IMG/VR virus record: IMGVR_UViG_3300048597_000634
Coordinates: 62,001 to 126,000 of that record
DNA length: 64,000 nt
Direction: 5' to 3' (one strand)
In this document: piece after piece, positions 1-10,381 of the stretch
Layout: each line of letters opens with the position of its first letter
Position numbering within the stretch: the first letter of the stretch is position 1
Notes under the pieces: model-generated
The model's database searches: none
Seen by the model: the letters and a program-made list of their open reading frames with translations, nothing else
Told to the model about the DNA's origin: nothing
Position numbers and translations under genes: made by a program

Positions 1-1
1 G

Positions 2-523
2 TTAGTCGTTCACTTATATTATCGGGAGGCTAGCTATAACGCCCCTACTATTATCTATTCAGAGCAGTCTAGCCCAATTAACGATATAGTTAACGCGCTG
101 CCCCATGGTCGGATGTTGCAGTATAAAGAAGGTTTTGACCAACCAGTTGATTTACCTGGAGATACTTTACAAGAGCATTTGCCGGAGACTCATTTTGTAG
201 GGCAGAAGATGTTACAGGTTAATATTCTGCCTGGTGAGGAGATATTAAGGAATTGGATGGCCATATTGCGCGGCGTCATTAGGGATATTAACGTGCTGAA
301 GCCATTTACGGTTAGGAATCCTACTATCCAGTCTGTTAATTATGAGACGCCTAACTGGGAAGGAAAGGACAAGATGAACTTAGTCTTTCATTCCGCGTTT
401 ATGGTTGTTACTTACGACTTATATGAACCGCCCCGTGCCCAGGACTATATTTTGCCCAAGCCCAACTTTGTGCTGCAGTCTGGTAACCCAGAAATAGACG
501 ATGTGAGATCCTTTGTCTCATAA
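2..523 (+). CDS. Partial CDS (5' end off window), putative tail completion/terminator-like protein
   Basis: The frame of ORF 113..523 is open back to position 2. It lies immediately upstream of the tail sheath. Function is from synteny only. Confidence 0.4.
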   Translation, partial: LVVHLYYREASYNAPTIIYSEQSSPINDIVNALPHGRMLQYKEGFDQPVDLPGDTLQEHLPETHFVGQKMLQVNILPGEEILRNWMAILRGVIRDINVLKPFTVRNPTIQSVNYETPNWEGKDKMNLVFHSAFMVVTYDLYEPPRAQDYILPKPNFVLQSGNPEIDDVRSFVS

Positions 524-628
524 GGGTTTTCGGCTAGCTACCACATAATTAGTCAAAATCAACTAATTGTATGAGTAGGGGCTGACGCCCTATGTAGTGT
601 AATAAAAACATCACGCTAGTAGCACCTC

Positions 629-3600
629 ATGGCTGACTATACCTTTCCACATATTTCGTTTGATTCTCGAATCTTAGGGCCCGTTCCTTCTACTGCTCCC
701 TGGCGTGATGGTTACGCAATCATCGGGGAGTTTAACCGCGGGCCCCTACGCCCCATTTCTTCCAAACAGCGTTCTGTATTAGCCTCTTTGTTCGGCGAAG
801 ATAGCAGCTCTGGCTCCATTGCTCTTCAACAAGCGTTACAACAGGGCGCAGCTAATGCCACCGCTATTCGTGTCGTTCCTAGTACCCAGCCTGGATATCT
901 ACGGTTCTACTTAGCCGGTGAAGATCCTAACGTGGTGCCCAAGACTGGTTTTGAGTCTGGTGTTAGCACCACTAACGTATTAGACGTATTCAACCGGACT
1001 ACTGGTTTCCGCCTGACCTTTGATTATATTGGCAGCCCTGTTAGTGCCGTTACTCATTATGGAGAGCTGCGTACTGAGACTGGACCTGTAACCCACCCTG
1101 ACTTTTTCGGTCGCGGTCAGTTCAACTTTAATGCTAAGTATATCCAGAAGGGTAACTTTGCTGAGCCAGTGGTTTACGAAGATGACGAGCAGACTTTAGA
1201 CTTGAGTGTTCGTAACTCAGCGCCTGGTGAATACCAAGTTGTTACTTACATCGAAGGGAATAACAGTTACGTCGAGCAGTTCTTAAACCCTGGTTTTTCT
1301 TTACTGTCCGAAGAAAACGGGCAGCAAGAAGGTTTGACTATCGCATCTGAGCCCTTCACTATTAATGAAGATACAGGGCTTAAAGGTATTGTAGTTACAG
1401 GTCATTTTAGCCCTACTACGACTATTAACGGTGTTGTAACCGGCACTTCTGGGCTGCGGGAAATCACCTTCGACGCTACTCTTGGTGCGTTGGGTGCCGG
1501 TTGGGAGCCTACTGCTGAACAACTGACTATTTTAGAAGATGCCGCGCTATTAGTTAACGAAACTGTTTATCTAATTGACAGCGCCGATGCTACTGATGAT
1601 ACGGTAACTCTGCAAATAGGCAGTAATCTAAGCTCTACTGTAGAGGCTGGTTCTCGGGTGACCTTGGCCCCCCGTGTAGGTAGTATTACCCCCGGCAGCA
1701 CCACTTCTACTTTGACTATTAAAGGTCTGCCTGATGCTGCCATTGCGGTGGGTACTAAATTGACCTTTGGTCACTCTAAAGAGACTTTTGTTGTTGATGC
1801 AATCACCACCCCCTATGCACCCTTAACTGGACTAGTTACGGTAACCGTGACTGGTAATATCGCTAATAAGACCAAGGTCGGCGATTATATCGTTCTCACT
1901 GCCCCTAATACCGCTGCTGTAGAGAAAGCCTTCCGGGTTCACTTCCCTGCTAAAAGTAAGATTCTGGTATCTTACGCTTACGTACAGACTGATACCTTCG
2001 CTAACTTAACTGCTCAGCAAGCGGGTTATAAGTATTTTGAAGTACCCAGTTTGGCTGAAGCTGACGCTTTCTTTGTATTGGAGGAAGGAAACGGTAATAA
2101 GCCCATTGAGTTTAAGTATTTGACCTCACCACTGTCTCTTAATGCAGCTACTCTGTTGGGACAAGAATCTGTAGGGATTAAAATCCTTTATGGTTTGCCT
2201 AATGATAGTCGCTTGAACCTCACTTTGGGTACTCAGTGGACTGTACCCTTTGTACGGACGCAAGTAGTAGTTGGTGGTCGTGCTGGTACTCCTGAAGCTT
2301 ATCCTAAAGGTACTCCGCTGGCTAATATCATGCGGGATTTGGAGTATGCTATTTACGCCGACCCCGCATTCTCTTCCATGACTAGTTCTGTAGAGAATGT
2401 TATTGGGATTACACCCTACATGTTCCAGGTCCGTCCTAGCATCACTGGGTTGGAGTCTAATCGGTGTCTGTGGAACTTGGTTCGCTATGTAGCTGGACCT
2501 GAGCTGGTCTTCTCTAGCTATGACGCTGGCGACTTTAACGTAGAGTCTGTCAATAACGTTATCTTGGATCACCCAGAAGACTATGGCGTTACCTTCAATG
2601 GGACTTATTACCCCATCGAGTCTGCCACTAGCACTTCTGTGACGTTTGACATGCCTGTTGATGTAGAGGCGGCGTTTGTCTCTACTCTTTATGCCGGGGC
2701 TCCTATTCCCTTAGAGAGTCAAGACCAAACCCGTGATATCTTGATGTCCTTAACTAAAGACGGGATTTACACTCAGGATAACTACGGCGCCGCTAGTTAC
2801 TATCCGTATAAAGGAGGTCGTGACAGCGGCTCTTTTGCTTACCGTGACTTCTATACCCTCGATGGTCGTCCTCTGGTTCGAGTTCAATCTTTGAGCCCTG
2901 GTGACTATGGTAATAAGATTCGGGTAACTCTTATTCCAGATGAAGTTACTGAAGGTAGCGCTCGGTTTTATCTACAAGTCGAAGATACTTCTGCTGAGGT
3001 TGGCATTGGCGGACCTAAAGTAGAGTCTTTCTACTTGGATAATAAGGCTGTTAATACTGACACTGGAGTCTATGTAGAGACTGAGACCTCTAACTTGGTC
3101 CGAGTATTCTTAATCCCTGCTATTGAGCCTAGCAATCCTATTGTTCGTGCCCAATTGTTAACCTCGGAGATTTATACTCAATTACCTCTGCGTTTGGCAC
3201 CACCTTTGGAAGCCCAAGATAACTCCTATGCTTCTGGGTTTACTCGATTTAGCGCACAAGGCTCTACTACTATTGCTGACGTCTTCCTTCGTAAAGGCAC
3301 TAACTTCTCCGCTGCCGATGCTACTTCTGCTGTAGAAGCTCGTAAGGCTGGCTACTTAGAAGCGCTAGAAAAAGTACGTTCTTTGGACGTTACTTGGATT
3401 GGTATCGCTGGTATTTACTACGGTGATAGTGACTACAAAGAAGTCTTTGAGACTCTCAAAGAGATTGTTGACTCTAGTGGTCCATCTACTGGTGGTTTCC
3501 GCCGGGCAGTAGTCCAACTATCTCCCACAGTCACCCCTCGCTCTGCGGGTACGATGCGTACTCAGGTTAATTCCCCACGCTTTATTCAGATTGCTGGTAT

Positions 3601-4225
3601 GGCCCAAGGACGGAGCATGAGCGGTATTGCTTACCGGAGCGAGCCGGTAGTAGGCGCTTATATCGGGTTAGGCGCTAGCCGCGGTCCTCACTTGAGCCCG
3701 GCCTCTACCTACGGTGAGCGCTCTGTCGTGGGTATGACTTATAGCTCTATCAATCCTACTCCTGCTACGTTGGAGGCCTATACCCAATCTGGCACTGAGG
3801 TCTTCTACCGTGACCCCGGGTTGAACGTGTTCAAGTTCTTGAATGGTATTAGTTCTACGACTAATAACCTGTTGCGCCATGTCTCTGTAGTCCACTCTTG
3901 GGACCAGGCCCGCGACCGGATTTATCAATCGTTGTTAAGCTACCGTTCTCAGAATATCAGCCCCCAACTGTTGAGCCGTATTGCTAGCGCCTGTGACGCT
4001 GTGTTGGCTGAGTTTGTACGGAACGAAATGTTGTCTGCTTACCAGCCGACGATTTGCGATGCCCGTAACAATAGTGAAGATGATGCTCGTCGGGGCATTA
4101 TCAACATTCTAATTCAGGCTCGTCCTATCTTCCCTGGGGATTACCTCAAGGTTACTGACATCTTGGACTTCCGGTCTTCGTTGACCATTAACGCACTGCC
4201 TGGACCTCGTGTCGACCAGTTCTAG
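629..4225 (+). CDS. Contractile tail sheath protein (unusually long, 1198 aa)
   Basis: N-terminal IIGEFNRGP..P motif, SPGDYGNKIRV motif, and C-terminal CDARNNSEDDARRGIINILIQARPIFPGDYL are typical of sheath proteins. Followed by the tube gene. Confidence 0.9.
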   Translation: MADYTFPHISFDSRILGPVPSTAPWRDGYAIIGEFNRGPLRPISSKQRSVLASLFGEDSSSGSIALQQALQQGAANATAIRVVPSTQPGYLRFYLAGEDPNVVPKTGFESGVSTTNVLDVFNRTTGFRLTFDYIGSPVSAVTHYGELRTETGPVTHPDFFGRGQFNFNAKYIQKGNFAEPVVYEDDEQTLDLSVRNSAPGEYQVVTYIEGNNSYVEQFLNPGFSLLSEENGQQEGLTIASEPFTINEDTGLKGIVVTGHFSPTTTINGVVTGTSGLREITFDATLGALGAGWEPTAEQLTILEDAALLVNETVYLIDSADATDDTVTLQIGSNLSSTVEAGSRVTLAPRVGSITPGSTTSTLTIKGLPDAAIAVGTKLTFGHSKETFVVDAITTPYAPLTGLVTVTVTGNIANKTKVGDYIVLTAPNTAAVEKAFRVHFPAKSKILVSYAYVQTDTFANLTAQQAGYKYFEVPSLAEADAFFVLEEGNGNKPIEFKYLTSPLSLNAATLLGQESVGIKILYGLPNDSRLNLTLGTQWTVPFVRTQVVVGGRAGTPEAYPKGTPLANIMRDLEYAIYADPAFSSMTSSVENVIGITPYMFQVRPSITGLESNRCLWNLVRYVAGPELVFSSYDAGDFNVESVNNVILDHPEDYGVTFNGTYYPIESATSTSVTFDMPVDVEAAFVSTLYAGAPIPLESQDQTRDILMSLTKDGIYTQDNYGAASYYPYKGGRDSGSFAYRDFYTLDGRPLVRVQSLSPGDYGNKIRVTLIPDEVTEGSARFYLQVEDTSAEVGIGGPKVESFYLDNKAVNTDTGVYVETETSNLVRVFLIPAIEPSNPIVRAQLLTSEIYTQLPLRLAPPLEAQDNSYASGFTRFSAQGSTTIADVFLRKGTNFSAADATSAVEARKAGYLEALEKVRSLDVTWIGIAGIYYGDSDYKEVFETLKEIVDSSGPSTGGFRRAVVQLSPTVTPRSAGTMRTQVNSPRFIQIAGMAQGRSMSGIAYRSEPVVGAYIGLGASRGPHLSPASTYGERSVVGMTYSSINPTPATLEAYTQSGTEVFYRDPGLNVFKFLNGISSTTNNLLRHVSVVHSWDQARDRIYQSLLSYRSQNISPQLLSRIASACDAVLAEFVRNEMLSAYQPTICDARNNSEDDARRGIINILIQARPIFPGDYLKVTDILDFRSSLTINALPGPRVDQF

Positions 4226-4247
4226 ATAGCGTATTCATTGTTCTAGT

Positions 4248-4281
4248 AATGGGGTAGGTATCTTGCGGTGCCTGCCCCATT
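4248..4281 (+). terminator. Stem-loop between sheath and tube genes (terminator/attenuator or mRNA-stabilising hairpin)
   Basis: Inverted repeat AATGGGGTAGGTA...TGCCTGCCCCATT followed by the T-rich TACTTTCGGATTTCTTTCT. Confidence 0.55.
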
Positions 4282-4300
4282 TACTTTCGGATTTCTTTCT

Positions 4301-5071
4301 ATGTCTTCGATTATTTCCCGGGCGGCGATTAATAACGCCATCCTAGACCCTTTCCAGGGGTTTGATATTGACGTATTTGTACAAGACCAGGCCACTGGTG
4401 TTCAGGTTCTGGCAGGCTCCTTTACCTCGTTCCAATTCACCATGCGGAACGCCACTGAGCCCTATTTAGAATTAAACCAACGTGTACCTCGCCTCCTTGA
4501 TGGTGTTTTCCAATTTGGTTGGGTATTAGAACGTGGTTGCTTAGACGTTCGGTTTGTAGAGCAGACCTTTGGCTTCCGGTCTATTGGTCGTGAGCTGCGG
4601 GTCAATCGTAGCCCTCGGTTCCAAATCACTTTGGAAATGAACGCCCCTGAGCTTGATGGCAATCCTATTGATGGTAGTGTTGCTTACTTTAAAGCTGGTG
4701 CCAGTGGTCAGGCTGCTGCTGGTGAAACGCGTATGGCTAAGGGTCGCATTCGTTTAGTTTATGCCAAGACTGACGCCTTGACCTTTGGTGCTATGGCCGG
4801 AGGCTCTGTGGTCGCTAACCGTTGGGAAGGGCTGTGTGAAGGTATTTACCGTTCTGATGAGGTTAGTGGTTGGGCTGGCATTCAGACTGGTCAAACCGAC
4901 ATTGATCAGGATGTAAGCTTGGCGCAGAGTAGGGACCAAATCGAGCGAAATAACGTTAATGGTTCAGGCGGTATTATTCGGGCTACTAGTGACTTTGAGA
5001 ATACCTACCCTAGTTGGTTAAATAACTACTTGCCTACCGGAGCTTCTGAAACTACTACTGTTGATATTTAG
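4301..5071 (+). CDS. Tail tube protein (gp19-like)
   Basis: Directly after the sheath. DPFQGF, YLELNQRVPRLLDG and WVLERG motifs resemble tube proteins. ATG 4301 is preferred over GTG 4268, which lies inside the hairpin. Confidence 0.75.
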   Translation: MSSIISRAAINNAILDPFQGFDIDVFVQDQATGVQVLAGSFTSFQFTMRNATEPYLELNQRVPRLLDGVFQFGWVLERGCLDVRFVEQTFGFRSIGRELRVNRSPRFQITLEMNAPELDGNPIDGSVAYFKAGASGQAAAGETRMAKGRIRLVYAKTDALTFGAMAGGSVVANRWEGLCEGIYRSDEVSGWAGIQTGQTDIDQDVSLAQSRDQIERNNVNGSGGIIRATSDFENTYPSWLNNYLPTGASETTTVDI

Positions 5072-5157
5072 TAAGCTGAACTTGGTAGAATCATAAGCGC
5101 TAGGGGTTCTATGAGCCTCGGCGCTTTAACTTATTTGTAGTAATAGACGTTGGTTGT

Positions 5158-6876
5158 ATGTCAACAGAAGACCTAAAAGGACAGATAGAGAAGTTAGAGA
5201 AGGAGCTTAAAGCCCTAGAAACGCTACAACAGGATAAGTTAGAAGCAGTTAGACGTAGTACTTTATTTGAGAATAATCTTGACCAACTAATAATCCAAGG
5301 TAATCCTTTAGCACTCGAATACTCCCGAGCCACAGCTAATGTAGCTTCGAAAAAGGCAGAATTAGACGCCAAAAAGAAAGAGTCAAACCCTGGCACGACT
5401 ACGCAACAGACAACTGGCCTGAGTGTAACACCATCATCTCCAAGTACAACATCCACAACTACTGCCTCAGCAATAGGCAAACCCAACAAACTAGCACCTT
5501 ACTTTCCAGGCTTTACCACTGACGATAAAGGTAATAGCACCCCTAAGATGGGTGCTTTATGTCATCAACAGCGTCCTGCCGCGGTACCGGTCTGTGCTAT
5601 CACTGACTTAGAAAACAAAATCATAATGTCTAACACCAACAAAGCTGGTGATTGGGTAGTGCTTAAGGCAAGGACTAATATAAATAATTATTGGGATGCG
5701 TCGACGGCGTTTTTCCAGTGTACGGTGGCAGCTACAGATACTACTGCTGATATCCCACCAAGTCCTGGCGGTATAGCGCGGCATATGCTGGTTAGGAGTA
5801 GTTTTGATAAAGGCGTTAAATATTCAGACGAGGCTCAATTAGGCAGTACGTTAGCTATCAGGTATGGGAAAGACAAAGCAGATGCGGTAAAGACAGCTAT
5901 TTTGAACCCACAAAATTACACTACATATGACACTCAGGGAAGTCAATCTAGGAAGGTAAAAGGTATATCTATAGATAAAATAGACGCTGCTTTTAGAAAC
6001 TTGCTACCTGACATTTCAAAGGCTAAGACTCCGACAGGCGAAGTAGACGAAAAGAAAAAACAAGTAACAGACGACGCGCTAAGGCAACTATTAGATTCAC
6101 TTAAAGTAACTAACCAAATTCAATCTGAGCCTAGGGGTATTGTAACTGAGGAAGATTTACAAGCTGCCTTAAATGACCCTAACTCAAAGTTAGCTCAATT
6201 TTTTGCGGCTGCCAGTAGTATAGAAAACAGTGAGGAGTTAGAAGCTGGACTAACAGATGGAGAGAAAGAAGCTAAAGCAGCAGCAACCCAAGACGAAATA
6301 GAAGAGTTTCCCTTAGATATCCTTGACGAGGTCTGTATCTTCTTTGGCTACCTAGATACCATGCGTCCTGTAACGCAGCAGGATATAGCCGAAAATCGGT
6401 TATTACGGCGTGGAGTTTGGGTAATTGACACAGTCACTAAGAGCGGCGGTGCTTCAGCGGGCATAGTCTGGACAGTGCAGTGCCGAGACCGTCTGAAGTA
6501 TTTAATGGATACCTTAGGGTCGTTTAATACGGCGGCGAATAATGACTTATTAATCGGGGATATTTTAGCGCAAAAGCCTGGTGATAAGGCAGAAGGGGCA
6601 TCCCCTCCTCCAGCAAAGTCAGAGAATGCCGCTAAGAATGGCGCGGCGCCTGCTGCAGAACCAACTACGTTAAAGAATAGTAGGTCGTTAGCCATTCTTT
6701 ATATTGCTCGCACGGGTATTGGCGATTTAGGAGATTTCAATGTAGGGGGTAGATTTATAGAAAAGGGGTTTATTTTGGATATATCGGATTACGCTATGGC
6801 AACGTCATCAGAAGAGCCGGGCACTGGCGCCAGTGAAGCTGATAAAGGAGATAGTAGTAGTGTAGCCCCCCCCTAA
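5158..6876 (+). CDS. Putative baseplate hub/late-gene-D-like protein, N-terminal part
   Basis: DEVCIFFGY...GVWVIDTV...VQCRDRLKYL pattern typical of the hub (gp27/gpD-like) N-terminal beta domain. Position after the tube. Confidence 0.5.
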   Translation: MSTEDLKGQIEKLEKELKALETLQQDKLEAVRRSTLFENNLDQLIIQGNPLALEYSRATANVASKKAELDAKKKESNPGTTTQQTTGLSVTPSSPSTTSTTTASAIGKPNKLAPYFPGFTTDDKGNSTPKMGALCHQQRPAAVPVCAITDLENKIIMSNTNKAGDWVVLKARTNINNYWDASTAFFQCTVAATDTTADIPPSPGGIARHMLVRSSFDKGVKYSDEAQLGSTLAIRYGKDKADAVKTAILNPQNYTTYDTQGSQSRKVKGISIDKIDAAFRNLLPDISKAKTPTGEVDEKKKQVTDDALRQLLDSLKVTNQIQSEPRGIVTEEDLQAALNDPNSKLAQFFAAASSIENSEELEAGLTDGEKEAKAAATQDEIEEFPLDILDEVCIFFGYLDTMRPVTQQDIAENRLLRRGVWVIDTVTKSGGASAGIVWTVQCRDRLKYLMDTLGSFNTAANNDLLIGDILAQKPGDKAEGASPPPAKSENAAKNGAAPAAEPTTLKNSRSLAILYIARTGIGDLGDFNVGGRFIEKGFILDISDYAMATSSEEPGTGASEADKGDSSSVAPP

Positions 6877-6918
6877 TAATGCAGATATAGGTAATGCGTA
6901 TCTTCTAGGATTTTAATT

Positions 6919-8532
6919 ATGGCTGACTCAACAGCTCCTCCCACTCCTGAAACTCCAGTGGCTCAGGTGCCCGCCGAACCTACTACTGACGTTACTGCCA
7001 GACCGAGAATAGAAGCGGGCGGCTTTGACCCATTCATTCCTTGGAAAGGCTCTACTGGCAGTATGTCTACGAACGTAACTGTAGACTCTAGCGGTCAATC
7101 AGTGCCTACTAATAAAACCGACAATTTTGTAGTAGTCAGCCCTAATGAAGGTAACTTTGCTGATTATTATAAGATTGCTAGAGAGGACCAAGCTAAACAA
7201 CAGCCTGGTACTAACAACCTTCTGCTAGAGAATGTCGCAAAGCGATATAACAAAGAAATCAAAGACATTACTTTAGAAGACTTCAGTAATTATTTGCTGT
7301 CTAATACTGATGAAGCAGTCGCCTTGACTACGCCTGATGCCAATAATAACTTCACTCAGTTCAGTGCAGGTGGCACGTTACAAGGCAGTACGCGTAACAA
7401 AGCATTATCTAAAGAGCTCAAGTTCAACATAGTCACAGGTAGAACGGCATATGAAAGTCAAGTAGAATCCTACTTTGGCACTAACTTTGTTGTAACCGAG
7501 CGTGGTCCGTTGGAGTTTATCAAGTTTCTTAGTCAGCAAGAGCCCTGGCCCACTATCGTCTTTGCTGATAGCCGCACTGGTGAGTATTGGTATGTGGTGC
7601 GTGGACTTGATGTAAGTGGTTTAGGGGATGGGTCTAGGTTTAACAGGACTTACTATTTCCGGCAATATCCTGAGGGAGTGGCACCGCATATGGCTACCAT
7701 GCTTCATTCATTCAGAGAAGAGCGGTCGGCTATTAGTAAACGGACTAACATCATTGTGCAGAGTCACGCTATCAGTGATAGCAATGGAGAGAAAAATAAC
7801 CTAATCCATTTATCAATTATCCCACCGGGTTGGAGAGACCGTGCGTTCGCCTGTAGTTATTTTACAGTTACCGATGATACTGCCGTTGATAGTCCCGGGG
7901 CGCTAATTGCGGTGGCATTTGCCTATGCTCGGGTATTAAGTAAGGAAGTAAAAGCGGCGGCGGCTACTATGCTCGGCGACCCCAGTATCATCCCAGGAGA
8001 GGCTATACAAGTTATAGGCTCGCCAATGCACCAAGGATATACTGACCCAGATAAAGGGGCTGCAGATCGAGAAGTATTTATGGAAATGGCTCAAGCTTAT
8101 GAGGACACATATAAAAGGATGGCTGACTTAGTGAGGTCTGATGCTTCTGGTACCGCAGGGGCTAGTGCTGCAGACAACGAAGGTAACTTTTTACAAAATA
8201 TGTTAGGTACTGCAGCTAATGCATTAGGGTTTGGTAATGGCAGTGGTAGCGATGCAGCAGGCGGGGGCGGCGGCGGTGGTAAAAGCCCAGTAGATCTTAA
8301 AATAGCCAACAACGCAAATGGTGGACCGGTGGTATTTGAGACTACCCAAAACGCCACCGATATGCCAGAAGTATTAACTTTGGCTGCCCAAGAGCGTCAA
8401 CAGTTATATAGGAATACGATTATGTTTGAGCCGGAGCCTAATTCAATGTGGCGAGTTGAAGGGGTAGTAGATAGGTTTAATGATGGTACTGAGGGGTATT
8501 ACACCGAGTTAACCTTATTAAGCTGCTTTTAA
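6919..8532 (+). CDS. Putative baseplate hub/late-gene-D-like protein, C-terminal part
   Basis: MLGDPSIIPGEAIQV and WRVEGVVDRFNDGTEGYYTELTL match the hub C-terminal pattern. AGGA RBS 8 nt before the ATG. Confidence 0.55.
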   Translation: MADSTAPPTPETPVAQVPAEPTTDVTARPRIEAGGFDPFIPWKGSTGSMSTNVTVDSSGQSVPTNKTDNFVVVSPNEGNFADYYKIAREDQAKQQPGTNNLLLENVAKRYNKEIKDITLEDFSNYLLSNTDEAVALTTPDANNNFTQFSAGGTLQGSTRNKALSKELKFNIVTGRTAYESQVESYFGTNFVVTERGPLEFIKFLSQQEPWPTIVFADSRTGEYWYVVRGLDVSGLGDGSRFNRTYYFRQYPEGVAPHMATMLHSFREERSAISKRTNIIVQSHAISDSNGEKNNLIHLSIIPPGWRDRAFACSYFTVTDDTAVDSPGALIAVAFAYARVLSKEVKAAAATMLGDPSIIPGEAIQVIGSPMHQGYTDPDKGAADREVFMEMAQAYEDTYKRMADLVRSDASGTAGASAADNEGNFLQNMLGTAANALGFGNGSGSDAAGGGGGGGKSPVDLKIANNANGGPVVFETTQNATDMPEVLTLAAQERQQLYRNTIMFEPEPNSMWRVEGVVDRFNDGTEGYYTELTLLSCF

Positions 8533-8538
8533 AACATC

Positions 8539-10374
8539 ATGGCTATAGCGGACGAGATTTTCTTTGATAATAAGTTTACGGAGATGCAGCGTTGGCCCCA
8601 GCAAGACCAGCGTAATAATGTCTTATACTCTGGCGTTGTCCAGACTATATCTCCGTTAAATAGGCTTAATGGTACTTTGCACGTCCGCGTGCCTGACCTC
8701 CATAGCATTCTTAAGTGTGATGCTTCTGGACCGTATAGCTCTTACTTTGTGGGAGATACTAGGGATTATTACGAAGGCGACCATGTTCTTATTGCTTTTG
8801 TAAATGGTAAGTCTGAGCGCCCAGTGGTAATAACCACGATCCCACATCACAACACTGAGGCTGAATTTCTAAACGATATAATCCCTACCATTGGGCTTGA
8901 GTCAGACGTATCTGGCAAGCTTAATTTACCCAGTACGGCTCCTCAAGGGTATCTACCAGGGGCTATTAATAATAACTTTCAGGTTAGTGGCACTGTCCAT
9001 AGGATGAGATATGCGCCGCTAGAATCATTTCACTCTAACTATCATCCTGTGGCGGGGCACTGGGTTGACTCATTAGGTAATGAGTTCCATTACCCATCCC
9101 ATACGTTTGCCATTAAGGCTACAGAGATTCAGCATATAATCCGCGCTCCTAAGGAGTCATTAGACCCAGTACTAAGTCCTTTTGCAGAGGCTGAAGATAA
9201 GATTAACGTCTTGAAAGTAAGTGGTGAGATGCAACACCCACTGCGTCTACAAGAAGGGTCGGATGATTACTTGTGGGAGCCTGTAGAGTACCCGGTAGGA
9301 GAAACTGGTAAGCAACTGGGACATGACTTTTTAATTGAGAAGTCTCAGGAAATCTTTCCTGTTAAGACGCCTGAGATGATATTAGAAGAAGCACAACAGG
9401 AATCAGACGCTGCTAAGTTTCTTAAAGCCTGTTTGAGTCAGAACGTTGACTTGGGGGCAGACCTATTTAGTGTGGTGTTAGGTGCTGGAGAAGGATTAAT
9501 AGGTGCTGCGTTAGAAGCACTTAACTCCTTCTTGCCTGATTTTTTACAAGTCAGTATGCAAGATGGTGAGATACAAGTAGGTCCATTAGTAGTTAACAGC
9601 GAAACTGGTCAAGTGGGTTTTCAAGGACAAGCATTTGGTCAGCTACTACAAAAACCCCTTGCTGAATTGAATAGCCTACTGCCCGACTTCATGGGGCTTA
9701 ATATTACGGCAGAGTCTATAGGTCTTGGAGGTCAGACTCTCAATTTTAGTGATTTACAAAACTTTGCTTCAGGGCAGTCACAGGGTCTAGGTCCTTTAGA
9801 TGTAACTATGGGGGATGACGGCGGATTAAGGGTTATGCTTGGCGACTCTGAGGTTGTTAACCTAACTCAGCTGGCGGTTAATCAGGTGGGTAATATGGCT
9901 AACGGACCGCTTAGTGAAGTCAATAGTCAATTACCACCCGGTATGGATATTAGTTATAGTATCGGTGCCGACGGTAAGCCTATCGTCAAAATAGGACCAT
10001 TAACCTTAGACCTAAGTAATCCATCCCAGATATTATCTTTTGACCCCATGTCTATGATGGAGATGCTTACTCAGCATATACAGAACTTTGTGGGAGGGCT
10101 TATGAATCAACTACCTAAGCCTATACAAATGCTGGCGTTGGCATTATGGGAGGAGCTTAACATAGGTGGCTTATTTACTGGGTTACTAGAGGCTTTAGGA
10201 TTACCAGAGGAGCCTAGCGTGATTAAGTCTACCTCTTATAAGTCTTGTGCGGTTGATTCTAGTGGACCTAGACTGCCCACTTTCGATCCCACTAACTCAG
10301 GGCCGCCCCCCATTACTAACACGTCAGACTTCACTGTCCCTACTGAACCTATAGGTCAATTTGATTTTGACTAA
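8539..10374 (+). CDS. Baseplate spike-like protein with gp5/gpV-type OB-fold
   Basis: GVV...HVRVP...GDHVLIAFVNGKSERPVVI is the OB-fold signature. Follows the hub genes. Confidence 0.65.
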   Translation: MAIADEIFFDNKFTEMQRWPQQDQRNNVLYSGVVQTISPLNRLNGTLHVRVPDLHSILKCDASGPYSSYFVGDTRDYYEGDHVLIAFVNGKSERPVVITTIPHHNTEAEFLNDIIPTIGLESDVSGKLNLPSTAPQGYLPGAINNNFQVSGTVHRMRYAPLESFHSNYHPVAGHWVDSLGNEFHYPSHTFAIKATEIQHIIRAPKESLDPVLSPFAEAEDKINVLKVSGEMQHPLRLQEGSDDYLWEPVEYPVGETGKQLGHDFLIEKSQEIFPVKTPEMILEEAQQESDAAKFLKACLSQNVDLGADLFSVVLGAGEGLIGAALEALNSFLPDFLQVSMQDGEIQVGPLVVNSETGQVGFQGQAFGQLLQKPLAELNSLLPDFMGLNITAESIGLGGQTLNFSDLQNFASGQSQGLGPLDVTMGDDGGLRVMLGDSEVVNLTQLAVNQVGNMANGPLSEVNSQLPPGMDISYSIGADGKPIVKIGPLTLDLSNPSQILSFDPMSMMEMLTQHIQNFVGGLMNQLPKPIQMLALALWEELNIGGLFTGLLEALGLPEEPSVIKSTSYKSCAVDSSGPRLPTFDPTNSGPPPITNTSDFTVPTEPIGQFDFD

Positions 10375-10381
10375 GCTAATT

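Noticed and set aside
6866-6918. Single programmed frameshift or homopolymer error fusing the two hub ORFs
   Set aside because: Both ORFs are in the same frame, and the +1 and -1 frames both hit stops before 6919.
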